Source: Candidatus Methylomirabilia bacterium
Lineage (GTDB): Bacteria; Methylomirabilota; Methylomirabilia; Rokubacteriales; CSP1-6
Reading direction: 5' to 3'
Assembly: GCA_041496385.1 (NCBI GenBank)
Contig: JBGQEL010000004.1
Span: 41,127 to 105,126, forward strand
DNA length: 64,000 nt
Shown here: positions 1 to 9,773 of the stretch, one piece after another
How the letters are laid out: each line of letters starts with the position of its first letter
Numbering within the stretch: position 1 is the first letter of the stretch
Position numbers and translations under genes: made by a program
The notes under the pieces: generated by a model
Database searches by the model: none
The model's input: only the letters and a program-made list of their open reading frames with translations
Told to the model about the DNA's origin: nothing

Positions 1-247
1 GCGCCCGGAGCTCGGGGATGGCCTCGATGAGGTGCGAGAGGTACTGCCCCTCGCGGACGTCCACGCCGAGGGCGACGCGCCGGATCGTCTGTCCCGAGCG
101 CGCGATCAGGTCGGCGAAGGTCGGGATGAGGGTCGTCGGCAGGTTGTCGACACAGAAGAAGCCCATGTCCTCGAAGGACTTGATCGCGTAGCTCTTGCCC
201 GCGCCGCTCAGCCCCGTGATGATGACGAACGAGAGGCGCTCGTCCAT
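1..247 (-). CDS. rapZ: RNase adapter RapZ (YvcJ/YhbJ family), runs off the window edge
   Basis: Manual translation MDERLSFVIITGLSGAGKSYAIKSFEDMGFFCVDNLP (P-loop and CVDNLP motif); ATG overlaps the rpoN stop (TGATG). Not in the ORF track. Confidence 0.93.
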   Translation of the reverse strand, partial: MDERLSFVIITGLSGAGKSYAIKSFEDMGFFCVDNLPTTLIPTFADLIARSGQTIRRVALGVDVREGQYLSHLIEAIPELRA

Positions 248-1704
248 CACCGCTTGCGCGGCGCCAGCCGGCGCTGGTGCGAGGGCAGGATGCCGAGCTC
301 CTCACGGTACTTCGCGACGGTGCGGCGAGCGATCGTGAGGGCGCGCCCCTTGAGGATGGCGGCCACCTCCTGGTCGGAGAGCGGCTTGGCCGCGTCCTCG
401 TTCGCGAGGAGATCCTGGATCATCTTCTTGACCGAGACGGAGGAGACCATCTCGCCGTCGCCGGACGCGATGCCGCTGTGGAAGAAATATTTCAGCTCGA
501 GGAGTCCCTGGGGAGTCTCGACGTACTTGTTCGTCGTCACCCGGCTGATCGTGGACTCGTGCATGCTGACGTCCTCGCCGACATCGCGGAGCGAGAGCGG
601 CCGCAGGTACGCGAGCCCCTTGTCGAGGAACTCGCGCTGGAACTTGACGATGGACGTGGTCACCTTGCGGAGCGTGCGCTGCCGCTGGTCCACCGACTTG
701 ATCAGCCAGAGTGCCGACCGCAGCTTCTGGTCGACGTACTGCCGGGCGCCCTCGTCCTGTGAGTTGCGGAGCGAGCGGTACAGCGAGCTCACGCGCAGCC
801 GCGGGATCCCGTCCTCGTTGAGGACGACCGTGTATTCCCCGCTGATCTTGTAGACGAAGACGTCGGGCACGATGTAGCGGGCGTCGGACCCGCCAAAGCT
901 GCGTCCCGGCTTCGGCTCGAGCCCCATGATCTCCTCGATGGACTCCATGACCCGATCCAGGGGCTGCTTGAGCGCGCGCGCGATGTCGGGGTAGCGCCGC
1001 CGCGAGAGGTCGTCGAAGTGGTGCTCGATGATCTCCTCGGAGAGCGGGTCCACCGGGGGATTGGCGCGGAGCTGGAGGAGCAGGCACTCCTGGATCCCAC
1101 GCGCGCCGACGCCGACCGGCTCGAATCGCTGGATCACCTGGGTCAGGACGCGCTCGGCCTCCTCGGGCGTCGTCTGGCAGCGCTGCGCGATCTCGGCGAT
1201 CTCGGCGCGGAGGTACCCGTCCTCGTCGATGTTGCCGATGATCTCCTCGCCGATCCGGCGATCGCGCGGATCCTCGATCGCCAATCGGAGCTGTTCGTCC
1301 AGGTGGTCGGACAGCGAGGAGGTGGAGCGGAGCATGTTCTCGAACGGAAGATCCTCGCGCTCCTCCTGCGCCACCAGCGACCGCTCCTCGCGGCTGTCGA
1401 ACATCACCTCGAACGGATCGTACGGCAGGTCGTCCGTCTTGCCCTCCGTCGTCGGCGGCGGCTCCGGCGCCGCGACCTGCTCGACGGTCGGGGCCGGGGG
1501 CTCGGAGGGTGTCGTCGGCGCCTCGGGCGCCTCGCTGTTGTCGGTCGGGACCTCCTCGAGCAGCGGGTTCTCGAGCAGCTCCTTCTGCACGACCTCCTGG
1601 AGCTCCAGCGTGGAGAGCTGCAGGAGCTGGATGGCCTGCTGGAGCAGCGGCGTCATGACGACCCGCTGGCTTTGCTTCAGGGACAGGCGCGCTTCCATCG
1701 CCAT
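247..1704 (-). CDS. rpoN: RNA polymerase sigma-54 factor
   Basis: Q/L-rich N-terminus MTPLLQQAIQLLQL, HESTISR helix-turn-helix, RpoN box ARRTVAKYRE. Confidence 0.98.
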   Translation of the reverse strand: MAMEARLSLKQSQRVVMTPLLQQAIQLLQLSTLELQEVVQKELLENPLLEEVPTDNSEAPEAPTTPSEPPAPTVEQVAAPEPPPTTEGKTDDLPYDPFEVMFDSREERSLVAQEEREDLPFENMLRSTSSLSDHLDEQLRLAIEDPRDRRIGEEIIGNIDEDGYLRAEIAEIAQRCQTTPEEAERVLTQVIQRFEPVGVGARGIQECLLLQLRANPPVDPLSEEIIEHHFDDLSRRRYPDIARALKQPLDRVMESIEEIMGLEPKPGRSFGGSDARYIVPDVFVYKISGEYTVVLNEDGIPRLRVSSLYRSLRNSQDEGARQYVDQKLRSALWLIKSVDQRQRTLRKVTTSIVKFQREFLDKGLAYLRPLSLRDVGEDVSMHESTISRVTTNKYVETPQGLLELKYFFHSGIASGDGEMVSSVSVKKMIQDLLANEDAAKPLSDQEVAAILKGRALTIARRTVAKYREELGILPSHQRRLAPRKR

Positions 1705-1724
1705 GGCGTGGCTCCCCGCCGGGC

Positions 1725-2447
1725 CTAGAGCGCGAACCGGTCGCCGAGGTAGATCTCGCGCGCGACCGGGTTGTTGGCGATCTCCGTGGCGGTGCCCGAC
1801 ACGAGGATCTTGCCGTCGTACAGGATGTAGGCGCGATCGGTGATCGCGAGCGTCTCGCGCACGTTGTGGTCGGTGATCAGGATGCCGATGCCGCGCTCCC
1901 GCAGCCGGCTGACGATCTGCTGGATGTCGGCGATCGCGATCGGGTCGATGCCGGTGAACGGCTCGTCCAGCAGCAGGTACTGGGGTGACGTCACGAGCGC
2001 GCGGGTGATCTCGAGGCGCCGGCGCTCGCCCCCCGAGAGCGTGTAGGCGGGGTAGGGCGCCAGCGACGACAGGTCGAGCTCCGCGAGGAGCTGCCGGGCG
2101 CGGACCCGACGCTCACCGCCGGAGAGGTCGAGCGTCTCGAGAATGGCGAGAAGGTTCTCCTCGACCGTGAGCTTGCGGAACACCGACGACTCCTGCGGCA
2201 AATACCCTACCCCCATCCGGCAGCGCTGGTACATCGGCAGTCGCGTGATCTCGTCACCCTCCAGAAAGATGCGCCCACCCTCCGTGGGCAGAAGCCCGAC
2301 CATCATGTAGAACGACGTCGTCTTCCCGGCGCCGTTGGGGCCGAGGAGGCCGACGACCTCGCCGCGCTGGATGTCGAGCGACACGTTGTCGACGACCTTG
2401 CGGCTCTTGAACCACTTGACGAGCCCCTGGGCGACCAGCCCCTCCAT
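1725..2447 (-). CDS. lptB: LPS export ABC transporter ATP-binding protein
   Basis: GPNGAGKTT, LSGGERRRLEI, LLDEPFTGIDP, ITDHNVRETL; sits between lptA and rpoN. Confidence 0.97.
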   Translation of the reverse strand: MEGLVAQGLVKWFKSRKVVDNVSLDIQRGEVVGLLGPNGAGKTTSFYMMVGLLPTEGGRIFLEGDEITRLPMYQRCRMGVGYLPQESSVFRKLTVEENLLAILETLDLSGGERRVRARQLLAELDLSSLAPYPAYTLSGGERRRLEITRALVTSPQYLLLDEPFTGIDPIAIADIQQIVSRLRERGIGILITDHNVRETLAITDRAYILYDGKILVSGTATEIANNPVAREIYLGDRFAL

Positions 2448-2464
2448 CGCTCAGTCCCGTCCGC

Positions 2465-3052
2465 TCAGTTCCGGCACGGCTCGCCCGCCTTCCGCGGCTG
2501 CGCGTCCTTCTGCCCGTCCTTCTTGCCGTCCTCGCGCGGGTAGAAGATCCCCTTGACGCGGCCGCCCTCGACGACCGAGCGGTCCTGCGAGAGGTAGATC
2601 GTGATCTTGTCGCCGCTCACCACGTTGTCGTCCTGCCAGACCCGGGCGTTGCCGATGAGCACGATGCGCTGCTCCAGGTCGTAGTACTCGGCGCGCTTCG
2701 CCGTCCCGGTGTTGCAGTCGCGCGTGATGATCCGGACGCTCCCCGTCGAGATCGCGCGCAGCACGCGATCGCCCTTCTCGTCGAAGTAGACCTCCGTCCG
2801 GTCGGCGTACTGGACCGAGTTGTTCTGGCGGGCGACGACGTTGCCGGTGAAGATGACGAGGTTCTCCTTGCCGAAGCGCTCCATCCGGTCGGCGTCGACG
2901 GTCAGCGGCTGGCTCCGGTCGTCCCGCTCCTTGGCCTTGGCCGCGCCGGGCGCCGGGGCGGGCGCGGTCTGCGCGTGGAGCCGCGCGGCGCCCGTCGAGA
3001 GACACAGGACGCCCGCCGCGAGACCCGCCGCGAGACCGGCGACCCGCCTCAT
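2465..3052 (-). CDS. lptA: LPS transport periplasmic protein LptA/OstA family
   Basis: Signal peptide, LTVDADRM...FTGNVVARQ...LIGNARVWQDDNVVSGDKI; ATG at 3052 overlaps the lptC stop. Confidence 0.9.
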   Translation of the reverse strand: MRRVAGLAAGLAAGVLCLSTGAARLHAQTAPAPAPGAAKAKERDDRSQPLTVDADRMERFGKENLVIFTGNVVARQNNSVQYADRTEVYFDEKGDRVLRAISTGSVRIITRDCNTGTAKRAEYYDLEQRIVLIGNARVWQDDNVVSGDKITIYLSQDRSVVEGGRVKGIFYPREDGKKDGQKDAQPRKAGEPCRN

Positions 3053-3630
3053 CGACCCGGGGCTTTCGCGAACACCGCATGCACTCGTCCCGCCATCGTC
3101 GTCGTCTCCTCCGCCATCCGGACGTCGAGCGCCGTTCCGTCCGCGACCGCACCGTCGCGCGACATGCGCACCGGCGCGTCCGTCCACAGCCGCTTCTCGG
3201 CGCCCTGCCAGCGGAGCACGCTTGTCTCCAGCCTGAGGCCGTCGCTCGAAGTCAGGACCACGTTGCGCCGGATCTCGACGTTGCTCGTCCGCTGGAAGAG
3301 GTCACCCTCGTCGCCCACGATCGTCCAGGTGCGGTCGCGCTCGAAGACGTTGACCGAGATGCGCTTGAGGGCGGTGCGCCCCTCCTCGTCGAACACCAGC
3401 GCCTGCTCGGCCTTGAGCCGCCATCGGACGCCCCCCGACTCCTCCTCGAGCTCCACTTCCTTGATCCGGAGGTCGGCGCTCACCGTTGCCGGCCCGGCGG
3501 GCTCCAGGCGTGTCGCGCGACTCCTGACGGTGAGGGTGACCGCCACCACCACGATGAAGAGCACGACCACGGCCAGGATCGCCCTGGCGATCCGCCGGGT
3601 GTCTCGAATTCCGGATTTGCCTGATTTCAC
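3049..3630 (-). CDS. lptC: LPS export periplasmic protein LptC
   Basis: Single N-terminal TM, W-x-L-x-A and LETSVLRW beta-jellyroll motifs, synteny with kdsD and lptA. Confidence 0.88.
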   Translation of the reverse strand: MKSGKSGIRDTRRIARAILAVVVLFIVVVAVTLTVRSRATRLEPAGPATVSADLRIKEVELEEESGGVRWRLKAEQALVFDEEGRTALKRISVNVFERDRTWTIVGDEGDLFQRTSNVEIRRNVVLTSSDGLRLETSVLRWQGAEKRLWTDAPVRMSRDGAVADGTALDVRMAEETTTMAGRVHAVFAKAPGR

Positions 3631-3669
3631 CGATGGCTCACAATCTTCTCGGTCGGGACGCGCTCTCTT

Positions 3670-3685
3670 TGCAATTTCGATACCA
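3670..3685 (-). promoter_or_regulatory. Sigma54 -24/-12 site upstream of lptC-lptA-lptB-rpoN-rapZ
   Basis: Minus strand TGGTATCGAAATTGCA = GG-N10-GC with TTGCA; abutted by an extended -10-like TGGTAGTGT (3685-3693). Confidence 0.7.
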
Positions 3686-3728
3686 CACTACCACACAGAG
3701 GAGGAAGGGGGAAAGCGAAAACCGGGCG

Positions 3729-4700
3729 TCAGACGATCTTGGCCCTCAGGATGTCGTGTAGGTGGATCAGGCCGACGGGCCGACGATCCTGATCGACGAT
3801 CACCAGGCTCGTGATCTGCCAGGTTTCCATGACCTCCAGCGCCTTCGCGGCGAGGTCGTCGCCGCCGATGAGCTTGGGGTCGCGCGTCGCGGCCTCGCCG
3901 GCCGTGAGGGTGTGGAGCGAGACGTCCCGCACGTGGAGCCGGCGGAGATCGCCGTCGGTGACGACACCGGCGAGCCTTCCGTCGGCGTCGACCACGATCG
4001 TCATCCCCTTGCGCTTGGTCGTCATCTCCGCGATCGCCTCCGTCAGCGGCGTCCGCGCCCCGACGATGGGCAGCGCGTCCCCGGTGAGCATGAGGTCGGC
4101 GACGCGCACGAGGGCTCGCCAGCCGAGGGCCCCTCGCGGATGGAGCGCCGCGTAGTCTTCCGGGCGAAGGCCGCGTAGCTCGAGCAGGACCATCGCCAGC
4201 GCATCACCCGCGGCCAGCGCGGCGGTGGTGCTCGAGGTCGGCGCGAGATTCATCGGACACGCTTCCTCTGCGACGCTCACGTCGAGCACGACGTCGCACT
4301 GGCGGGCGAGCGTGGAGCCGGGGCTTCCGGTCAGCAGGACGATCGCGACACCGAGCCGCTTGAGGGGCGGCAGGATCGCGAGGACCTCGTCGGTCTCGCC
4401 CGAGTTGGAGAGTGCCAGAACGACGTCGCCCCGCGCCACCATGCCCAGATCCCCGTGGACGCCCTCGGCGGGGTGCAGGAAATACGCCGGGGTCCCCGTG
4501 GAGGCGAGGGTCGAGGCGACCTTGCGCCCGATCAGTCCCGACTTCCCCATGCCGGTCACGATCACGCGACCGGTGCAGCCGTGGAGCAGCTCGACCGCCC
4601 GGTCGAAGCGGTCGTCGAGCTTCGCGAGAAGGCCGAGGATCGCCTCGGCCTCGAGGCGCAACACGCGCTCTGCGAGCCGCCGCAGGTCCGGCGTCATCAT
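3729..4700 (-). CDS. kdsD: Arabinose-5-phosphate isomerase KpsF/GutQ (SIS plus CBS pair)
   Basis: [29 protein letters not shown]-terminal CBS domains. Confidence 0.95.
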   Translation of the reverse strand: MMTPDLRRLAERVLRLEAEAILGLLAKLDDRFDRAVELLHGCTGRVIVTGMGKSGLIGRKVASTLASTGTPAYFLHPAEGVHGDLGMVARGDVVLALSNSGETDEVLAILPPLKRLGVAIVLLTGSPGSTLARQCDVVLDVSVAEEACPMNLAPTSSTTAALAAGDALAMVLLELRGLRPEDYAALHPRGALGWRALVRVADLMLTGDALPIVGARTPLTEAIAEMTTKRKGMTIVVDADGRLAGVVTDGDLRRLHVRDVSLHTLTAGEAATRDPKLIGGDDLAAKALEVMETWQITSLVIVDQDRRPVGLIHLHDILRAKIV

Positions 4701-5542
4701 GGGCGCAGCGCCGCGGCGATGGCGCGGAGCTCACGGAGGAGGTGCGGCAGATCGTCGATGCGAAGCATGTTGGGCCCGTCGGACAGCGGCCGGCCGTCCG
4801 GCAGGGTGCGGTCCGGGTCCTCGTGCATCTCCATGAACAGCGCGTCCACGCCGACCGCGACGGCCGCGCGCGCGAGGGCGGGAACGTACCGCCGTTCCCC
4901 GCCCGACCGGTCGCCGGCGCCCCCCGGGAGCTGCACCGAGTGGGTCGCGTCGAACACCACCGGGAACCCGAGCTCACGCATGTCGGCCAGCCCGCGCATG
5001 TCCACGACGAGGTTATGGTAACCGAAGGAGGTCCCCCGCTCCGTGAGGAGGACCCGGCGGTTCCCGGCCGACACGATCTTGTCCACGACGTTCCGCATGT
5101 CGTGCGGAGCCAGGAACTGGCCCTTCTTCACGTTGACGGGCTTTCCCGTCCGCGCAGCGGCGACGATCAGGTCGGTCTGCCGGCACAGGAACGCGGGGAT
5201 CTGGAGCACGTCGAGGACCGCCGCGGCCGGCTCCACCTCCGAGACCTGGTGGACGTCCGACAGCACGGGGATCCCGAGCGTCTCGCGCACCTTTCGGAGG
5301 ATCCGTAGCCCCTCGACGAGACCGGGCCCCCGGTAGCCGTTGATCGAGGATCGGTTGGCCTTGTCGTAGGACGATTTGTAGATGAAGGGCACCCGCTGCT
5401 CGGCGGCGATCGTCGCCAGGCGCTCGGCCGTCATGAGCGCGTGCTTCTCGCTCTCGATGGCGCACGGCCCGCCGATCAGGACCAGCGGCCGGCCGCCCCC
5501 GATGGGGATCGTGTCGACCTGGACCTCGGCGGTCGGCGTCAT
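4697..5542 (-). CDS. kdsA: 3-deoxy-8-phosphooctulonate synthase
   Basis: [41 protein letters not shown]. Confidence 0.97.
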   Translation of the reverse strand: MTPTAEVQVDTIPIGGGRPLVLIGGPCAIESEKHALMTAERLATIAAEQRVPFIYKSSYDKANRSSINGYRGPGLVEGLRILRKVRETLGIPVLSDVHQVSEVEPAAAVLDVLQIPAFLCRQTDLIVAAARTGKPVNVKKGQFLAPHDMRNVVDKIVSAGNRRVLLTERGTSFGYHNLVVDMRGLADMRELGFPVVFDATHSVQLPGGAGDRSGGERRYVPALARAAVAVGVDALFMEMHEDPDRTLPDGRPLSDGPNMLRIDDLPHLLRELRAIAAALRP

Positions 5543-5577
5543 GTCATTTCACCGCTCGCCTCGGCCGTCGAACGGCC

Positions 5578-7182
5578 TCAGCACGCACGGCCATACTCCA
5601 GGGCGGCCCGCACGAAGCCTGCGAAGAGCGGGTGCGGGTCCCACGGACGCGAGCGGAACTCCGGATGGAATTGCGCGGCGACGAAATACGGGTGCTCCGG
5701 GATCTCCACGATCTCGACGAGCTGTTTCTCCGCCCAGATGCCCGAGATCCGAAGCCCGTGCTTCTCGAGCTTCGCGAGGTAGTCGTTGTTGACCTCGTAG
5801 CGATGCCGGTGGCGCTCCTGGATGATGCCCTGGCCGTAGAGCCGCGAGGCGAGGCTCCCCTCGCCCAGCACGACCGGGTAGAGGCCGAGCCGCATCGTGC
5901 CGCCCTTGTCGGCGACCTCGCGCTGCTCGGGCAGGAGGTCGATGACCCGGTGCGCCGCGTCCGGCTCGAACTCGGTCGAGTTCGCGCCGCTGAGGCCGCA
6001 CACGTGGCGCGCGAACTCGATCACCGCGCACTGCATGCCGAGGCAGATCCCGAAGTACGGGACGCGCTGCTCGCGCGCGTGGCGGACGGCCTGGATCTTC
6101 CCCTCGATCCCGCGGTCGCCGAAACCGCCCGGCACGAGGATGCCGTGAACGTCGGCGAAGTGACGGGCGGCGCCCTCGCGCTCGACCTGCTCGGCATCGA
6201 CCCAGCGGACGTCGACGCGCGCCTCGTTCGCGATGCCGCCGTGCGCGAGCGCCTCGACGAGGCTCTTGTAGGAGTCCTTGATCTCGACATACTTCCCGAC
6301 CACCGCGATCCGCGTCTCGGCACGCGGCGATTTCACGCGCTTCACGACGGCCTCCCAGCGCGAGAGGTCCCCCGGCCGGGACTCGAGGCCCAGGAGCTTG
6401 CCGATCATGTCGTCGAGACCTTCCTTGTGGAAGACGAGGGGCACCTCGTAGACGGTCTCGACGTCCTTGGCGGTGATGACCGCCTCCTCCTCCACGTCGC
6501 AGAAGAGCGCGATCTTCGACTTGATGCCGGGCGGGAGGTAGCGGTCGGTGCGACAGAGCAGGATGTCGGGCTGGATCCCGATCGCGCGCAGCTCCTTCAC
6601 GGAGTGCTGGGTGGCCTTCGTCTTGAGCTCCGCCGCCGCCTGCATGAAGGGCACGAGCGTCAGGTGCACGTAGATGACGTTCTCCTTCCCGACGTCCTTC
6701 TTGAACTGGCGGATCGCCTCGAGGAACGGCAGCCCCTCGATGTCACCGACCGTGCCGCCGACCTCGACGATCACGACGTCGGCGCCCCGCGCGATGCGCC
6801 GGATCGAGGCCTTGATCTCGTCGGTGATGTGGGGGATGACCTGGACGGTGCGTCCGAGGTAGTCCCCGCGCCGCTCCTTCTGGATGACCGAGAAGTAGAC
6901 CTTTCCGGTCGTCACGTTGTGGTCACGGGTCACCCGCACCGACGTGAACCGCTCGTAGTGACCGAGGTCGAGGTCGGTCTCGCCGCCGTCGTCGGTGACG
7001 AAGACCTCCCCGTGCTGGTAGGGGCTCATCGTCCCCGCGTCCACGTTGATGTAGGGGTCCATCTTCTGGAGCGTGACGCTGAATCCCCGCGCCTCCAGGA
7101 GTGCGCCGATCGAGGCGGCCGCGAGCCCCTTGCCCAGGGACGACACCACGCCGCCGGTCACGAAGATGTATTTCGGGGCCAA
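5578..7182 (-). CDS. pyrG: CTP synthase
   Basis: [40 protein letters not shown] start. Confidence 0.98.
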   Translation of the reverse strand: MAPKYIFVTGGVVSSLGKGLAAASIGALLEARGFSVTLQKMDPYINVDAGTMSPYQHGEVFVTDDGGETDLDLGHYERFTSVRVTRDHNVTTGKVYFSVIQKERRGDYLGRTVQVIPHITDEIKASIRRIARGADVVIVEVGGTVGDIEGLPFLEAIRQFKKDVGKENVIYVHLTLVPFMQAAAELKTKATQHSVKELRAIGIQPDILLCRTDRYLPPGIKSKIALFCDVEEEAVITAKDVETVYEVPLVFHKEGLDDMIGKLLGLESRPGDLSRWEAVVKRVKSPRAETRIAVVGKYVEIKDSYKSLVEALAHGGIANEARVDVRWVDAEQVEREGAARHFADVHGILVPGGFGDRGIEGKIQAVRHAREQRVPYFGICLGMQCAVIEFARHVCGLSGANSTEFEPDAAHRVIDLLPEQREVADKGGTMRLGLYPVVLGEGSLASRLYGQGIIQERHRHRYEVNNDYLAKLEKHGLRISGIWAEKQLVEIVEIPEHPYFVAAQFHPEFRSRPWDPHPLFAGFVRAALEYGRAC

Positions 7183-7183
7183 C

Positions 7184-8824
7184 TCATCCTCCCTTCGTCA
7201 TCGAGTGTCGGACGTGCTCCGTCTCCATCGTGCGGTCCTTCAGGCGACCGTCCAGGCGGCCGTCGCGCAGCTCCGCGAGCACGCGGGCCACCGCGGGCCC
7301 CCGCGGAACCCCGAGCGCCACGACGTCGTCCCCGGTGAGGGACACGGCGGACCGGCCGAGGCCCAGGTACCAGTCGAGCGTCCCGCGCGTGCGCGCGTCG
7401 CCCAGGAGCCGGAGCCAGGCGAGCCCCAGCGGCGCGCGCCCCCTGAGCTCCCGCGCACGCGCGCTCGGCGCCGCGGCCGCGGCGAGGCGCCGCGCCCCCG
7501 CGTCGTCGTCGAGGCTCTTCGCGAGACGGGCGAGCGGCTCCCCCGTGAACGCGAGCCGGGCCAGCGCGGCGTGCGCCACCTCGCGCGTCTGATCGCCGAC
7601 GAGCACGAGCGCGGCGAGCTCCACAGGCGAGACGTCCAGTCCCCGAGCGGCCGCCCACGCGAGGGCGGCGGGCAGCGCCCGGCACCGCCGCCGCGTCGGC
7701 GTGGTGAATCGGTACCGCGGATCGAGCAGCCGGAACACCCCGGAGGCGCCGAGCATCGCGAGCGCCGCCTCGCCACGCGCCTCGGCCAGGATCAGCGCCA
7801 GCTCGTTGACGATGCGCTGCCCCGAGAGGGCCGGATAGGGCGCCAGGCTGAGCGCGAGACGCGCCGCCGCCCGCGTTCCGCGATCGGGCCGCAGGCCGAG
7901 CCGCGCCGCGTAGCGTGCCGCCCGGAACAGGCGCGTGGGATCCTCGACGTAGGACAGGGGATGGAGCACGCGCAGGCGCCGCGCGGCGAGATCCTCGCGG
8001 CCGCCGAGAGGATCGAGGAGACCCCAGGAGCCCGACGCGAGCTCGATCGCCATCGCGTTCATGCCGAAATCGCGCCGCCGCAGGTCCTCGTCGATCGAGG
8101 CGGGCAGCACCCGGGGCAGCGCGCCCCGTGTCTCGTAGCGCTCGGCGCGTGCCGTCGCGACGTCGATCCTGACGCCGTCCCGTGTCTCCACCGACGCGGT
8201 GAGGAATCGCTCGTGCTCCCGCAGCGCGCCGCCGAGCTCCCGCGCGAGCCGCCGCGCGATGCCGGGGCCGTCACCCTCGAGGACCACGTCGACATCGCGG
8301 CCGGCGACGGGTGCCCCGCGCCACACGTCGCGCACCAGTCCCCCGACCAGGTAGGCCCGCGCGTCGTGCTCGCCCGCCAGTCGTCCGATCGTCGCGCAGA
8401 GCGCCTGCGTGTCCGCCGGGAGCCCGCGCGCGACCCGCGCCGCCGCGGAAACCGCGCCCTCGCGCCCGGGACGCGGCCCGGCGATGGCGCCGAGCGCCCG
8501 TCCGCGCGCGCGCACCACGACGAGCGGAGCGCCGGCCGCGAGGAGCCGCCGCGCCGCGACCTCGCCCGCGTCCGCCTCGATCGCAGGCAGCGGGCGCGCC
8601 ACCGACGACGCGGGGAGATCACCGAGGTCCAGCAGGCTCGCGCGCGCGAGATCCTCGCGCAGCACGTACCGGGGACCCGCGGCGAGCGCGACCGCGTCGC
8701 GCTTCCGCAGCAGCGCGAGCGCCGCCCGCACGCCGATCGACGGCGGCGCCGTCACCATGCCCAGGTCCACGACGTCCGCGGCGGCAACCTGAACTTGGGG
8801 ATAGGCCTGGGCGCGCTTGGCCAT
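7184..8824 (-). CDS. tRNA nucleotidyltransferase (CCA/A-adding class II) with degenerate N-terminal CBS-like region
   Basis: [51 protein letters not shown]; start placed at ATG 8824 (MAKRAQAYP). Confidence 0.85.
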   Translation of the reverse strand: MAKRAQAYPQVQVAAADVVDLGMVTAPPSIGVRAALALLRKRDAVALAAGPRYVLREDLARASLLDLGDLPASSVARPLPAIEADAGEVAARRLLAAGAPLVVVRARGRALGAIAGPRPGREGAVSAAARVARGLPADTQALCATIGRLAGEHDARAYLVGGLVRDVWRGAPVAGRDVDVVLEGDGPGIARRLARELGGALREHERFLTASVETRDGVRIDVATARAERYETRGALPRVLPASIDEDLRRRDFGMNAMAIELASGSWGLLDPLGGREDLAARRLRVLHPLSYVEDPTRLFRAARYAARLGLRPDRGTRAAARLALSLAPYPALSGQRIVNELALILAEARGEAALAMLGASGVFRLLDPRYRFTTPTRRRCRALPAALAWAAARGLDVSPVELAALVLVGDQTREVAHAALARLAFTGEPLARLAKSLDDDAGARRLAAAAAPSARARELRGRAPLGLAWLRLLGDARTRGTLDWYLGLGRSAVSLTGDDVVALGVPRGPAVARVLAELRDGRLDGRLKDRTMETEHVRHSMTKGG

Positions 8825-8826
8825 GC

Positions 8827-9711
8827 TCACGCCCTCGGGTGGAAGCGCCGATACATCCGCGTCAGCGCGGACGACGGCAGGTGCGTGTAGATCTGCGTGG
8901 TGGCGATGTCGGCGTGTCCCAGCATCGCCTGAATGGATCTCAGGTCGGCGCCGCCCTCGAGCAGGTGGCTCGCGAACGAATGGCGCAGCACGTGGGGCGA
9001 CACGCGTGCGCGCACCCCGGCGCGCGCGGCGGCGTGGCGGACGATCAGCCAGAGGGATTGGCGGGACAGCGGCCCACCGCGCGGGTTGACGAAGACCCGG
9101 CCCGAGTCGCGCCGGCGCGTGTGAAGAGGGCGCACCTCCTTGAGGTAGCGCGTCACCCACTTCGTCGCCTCCGCGCCGACCGGCACGAGCCGTTGCTTGC
9201 GCCCCTTGCCGGTGCAGACGACATAGCCGGCGGTGAGGTTGACGTCGTCCAGTGTCAGATCGAGGCATTCGGAGGCGCGCATGCCCGTCGCGTACAGCAG
9301 CTCCAGCATGGTCCGGTCGCGGACGCCCCGAGGCCGGCTCACGTCGGGCGCCTCGACGAGCGCCGTCGCGACGTCGCGCGACAGCGTGCGCGGGAGCGGC
9401 CGGCCGCGGCGCGGCACTTCGAGGTGTTCGGTCGGGTCACGGGTGAGCTCGCCCTCGCGCAGGAGATGCCGATAGAAGCCACGGAGCGCGGAGATCCGCC
9501 GCGCCACACTCGACGGCCGAAGGCCCCGCTTCCGCAGGCGCTCGAGGTAGTCCACGATGTCGTCCGGGCCGGTCTGGGGCAGGGCGCGCCGCTGGTCGTG
9601 CAGGAAGTCGGTGAAGTCGTGGAGATCGCGGCGGTACGCGGCGAGAGTATTCCGGGATGCCCCCTGCTCCGTCTGCAGGGCCCCGAGATACTCAACCACC
9701 GCATTGGTCAT
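8827..9711 (-). CDS. xerD: Site-specific tyrosine recombinase XerD
   Basis: SRNTLAAYRRDL, ELLYATGMRASE, GKGRKQRLVP, SPHVLRHSFASHLL, LGHADIATTQIYTH; start MTNAVVEY. Confidence 0.93.
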   Translation of the reverse strand: MTNAVVEYLGALQTEQGASRNTLAAYRRDLHDFTDFLHDQRRALPQTGPDDIVDYLERLRKRGLRPSSVARRISALRGFYRHLLREGELTRDPTEHLEVPRRGRPLPRTLSRDVATALVEAPDVSRPRGVRDRTMLELLYATGMRASECLDLTLDDVNLTAGYVVCTGKGRKQRLVPVGAEATKWVTRYLKEVRPLHTRRRDSGRVFVNPRGGPLSRQSLWLIVRHAAARAGVRARVSPHVLRHSFASHLLEGGADLRSIQAMLGHADIATTQIYTHLPSSALTRMYRRFHPRA

Positions 9712-9773
9712 AGAGTGACCACGTCGGATCTTATCACGCCGCCGCGAAATCGAGAAACTCGCACCGCCGCGGC

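Noticed and set aside
3012..3040. Short tandem repeat CCCGCCGCGAGA
   Set aside because: Encodes the GLAAGLAAG signal-peptide repeat of lptA; not a CRISPR or mobile repeat.
8827..9711. Tyrosine recombinase as a sign of an integrated element
   Set aside because: XerD-like sequence in housekeeping context; no att repeats, tRNA or cargo genes.
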